This document shows positions 63,401 to 64,000 of a stretch of DNA of 64,000 bases, in pieces (within the stretch, counting starts at the first letter, position 1; the number at the start of each line of letters is the position of its first letter). The stretch is taken from contig NW_027117349.1 of NCBI RefSeq assembly GCF_038025025.1, forward strand, positions 1,364,001 through 1,428,000, in the 5' to 3' direction. Origin of the DNA: Phyllosticta citribraziliensis. Lineage: Eukaryota. The notes below the pieces were generated by a model. It was not told the DNA's origin and ran no database searches. It saw only the letters and a program-made list of their open reading frames with translations. A program made the translations under genes and the position numbers.

Positions 63401-63900
63401 ACGACGACCGTGCCGTCCAGTCCGTCGCCGCCGCGCTGGCCATCCCTCCCGCCAACGTGCGCTCGCGCGCCTCGCCCGCGGACAAACGCGACTACGTCCA
63501 GCGTCTCCTGTCGTCCTCCACGCACCGCCAGCGTCCCCCAACTGTCCTCTTCGTCGGCGACGGCACAAACGACAGCGTGGCCCTCGCCACCGCGACCATC
63601 GGGATCCACATGAGCAGCGGCACCGACGTGGCCGCGTCGGCTGCCGACGCCGTCCTCACCGCCGACTCGCTCGCCGGCCTGCGCGTCCTCCTCGCCATCT
63701 CCGACAGCGCCTTCCGCCGCATCTGCGCCAACTTTGCCTGGAGCTTCGTCTACAACGTCTTCGCCATTTTGCTGGCGGCCGGTGCGTTCCCGAGCGGTGT
63801 CCGTATTCCGCCCCAGTTTGCCGGCTTGGGCGAGGTCGTGAGCGTTTTGCCTGTCATTGCGGTTGCGGTGCAGATGCGTATGGTGAGGAGGTGGGGCTGA
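60453..63900 (+). CDS. P1B heavy-metal ATPase, Pca1/PcaA (cadmium-export) type, intron about 60827-60923
   Basis: Cys-pair-rich N-terminus, GCICRALL...ESCC, HMA motif GMTCTGC, DESMITGE, CPC, DKTGT, GDGTND. Confidence 0.93.
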
Positions 63901-64000
63901 TGGTTGGTGGGATTGGTAGGCTAGGGGGCGTGGCGTGCTGGGATATTGTGAGCATGCGGCATTCAACTGCCTGCCTGCCTGGGGACGTATGCGTGGGAGA

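Noticed and set aside
62160..63966. 441-aa and 370-aa minus-strand ORFs
   Set aside because: Antisense shadows of the P1B ATPase.

Overview
Filamentous ascomycete nuclear DNA, with spliceosomal introns showing GT...CTRAC...YAG signals. A nuclear atp8 and a RIP-like signature suggest a Dothideomycete (inference). Recognisable genes: tRNA-Glu(CTC), an amino-acid permease, NMT1/THI5 with an intronic TPP riboswitch, a Crh-type GH16, a GT31-like glycosyltransferase, a subtilisin, a SesB-like/NACHT NLR with a broken junction, an alpha/beta hydrolase, an AtrR-like Zn2Cys6 factor, a Pff1 M28 protease, DUF1295, TOP3, an Stb3-like protein and a Pca1-type P1B ATPase. Two things stand out. (1) A nuclear, intron-containing gene encodes the full 48-aa mitochondrial Atp8 behind a targeting presequence. 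(2) Two accessory islands (about 2.3-10.9 kb and 48.5-52.9 kb) each combine a diverged family of small coiled-coil genes with an array of back-to-back TATA cassettes at roughly 500-700 bp spacing. The cassette motifs are conserved while the sequence between them has no conserved reading frame. All alignments were done by eye and no database searches were run.
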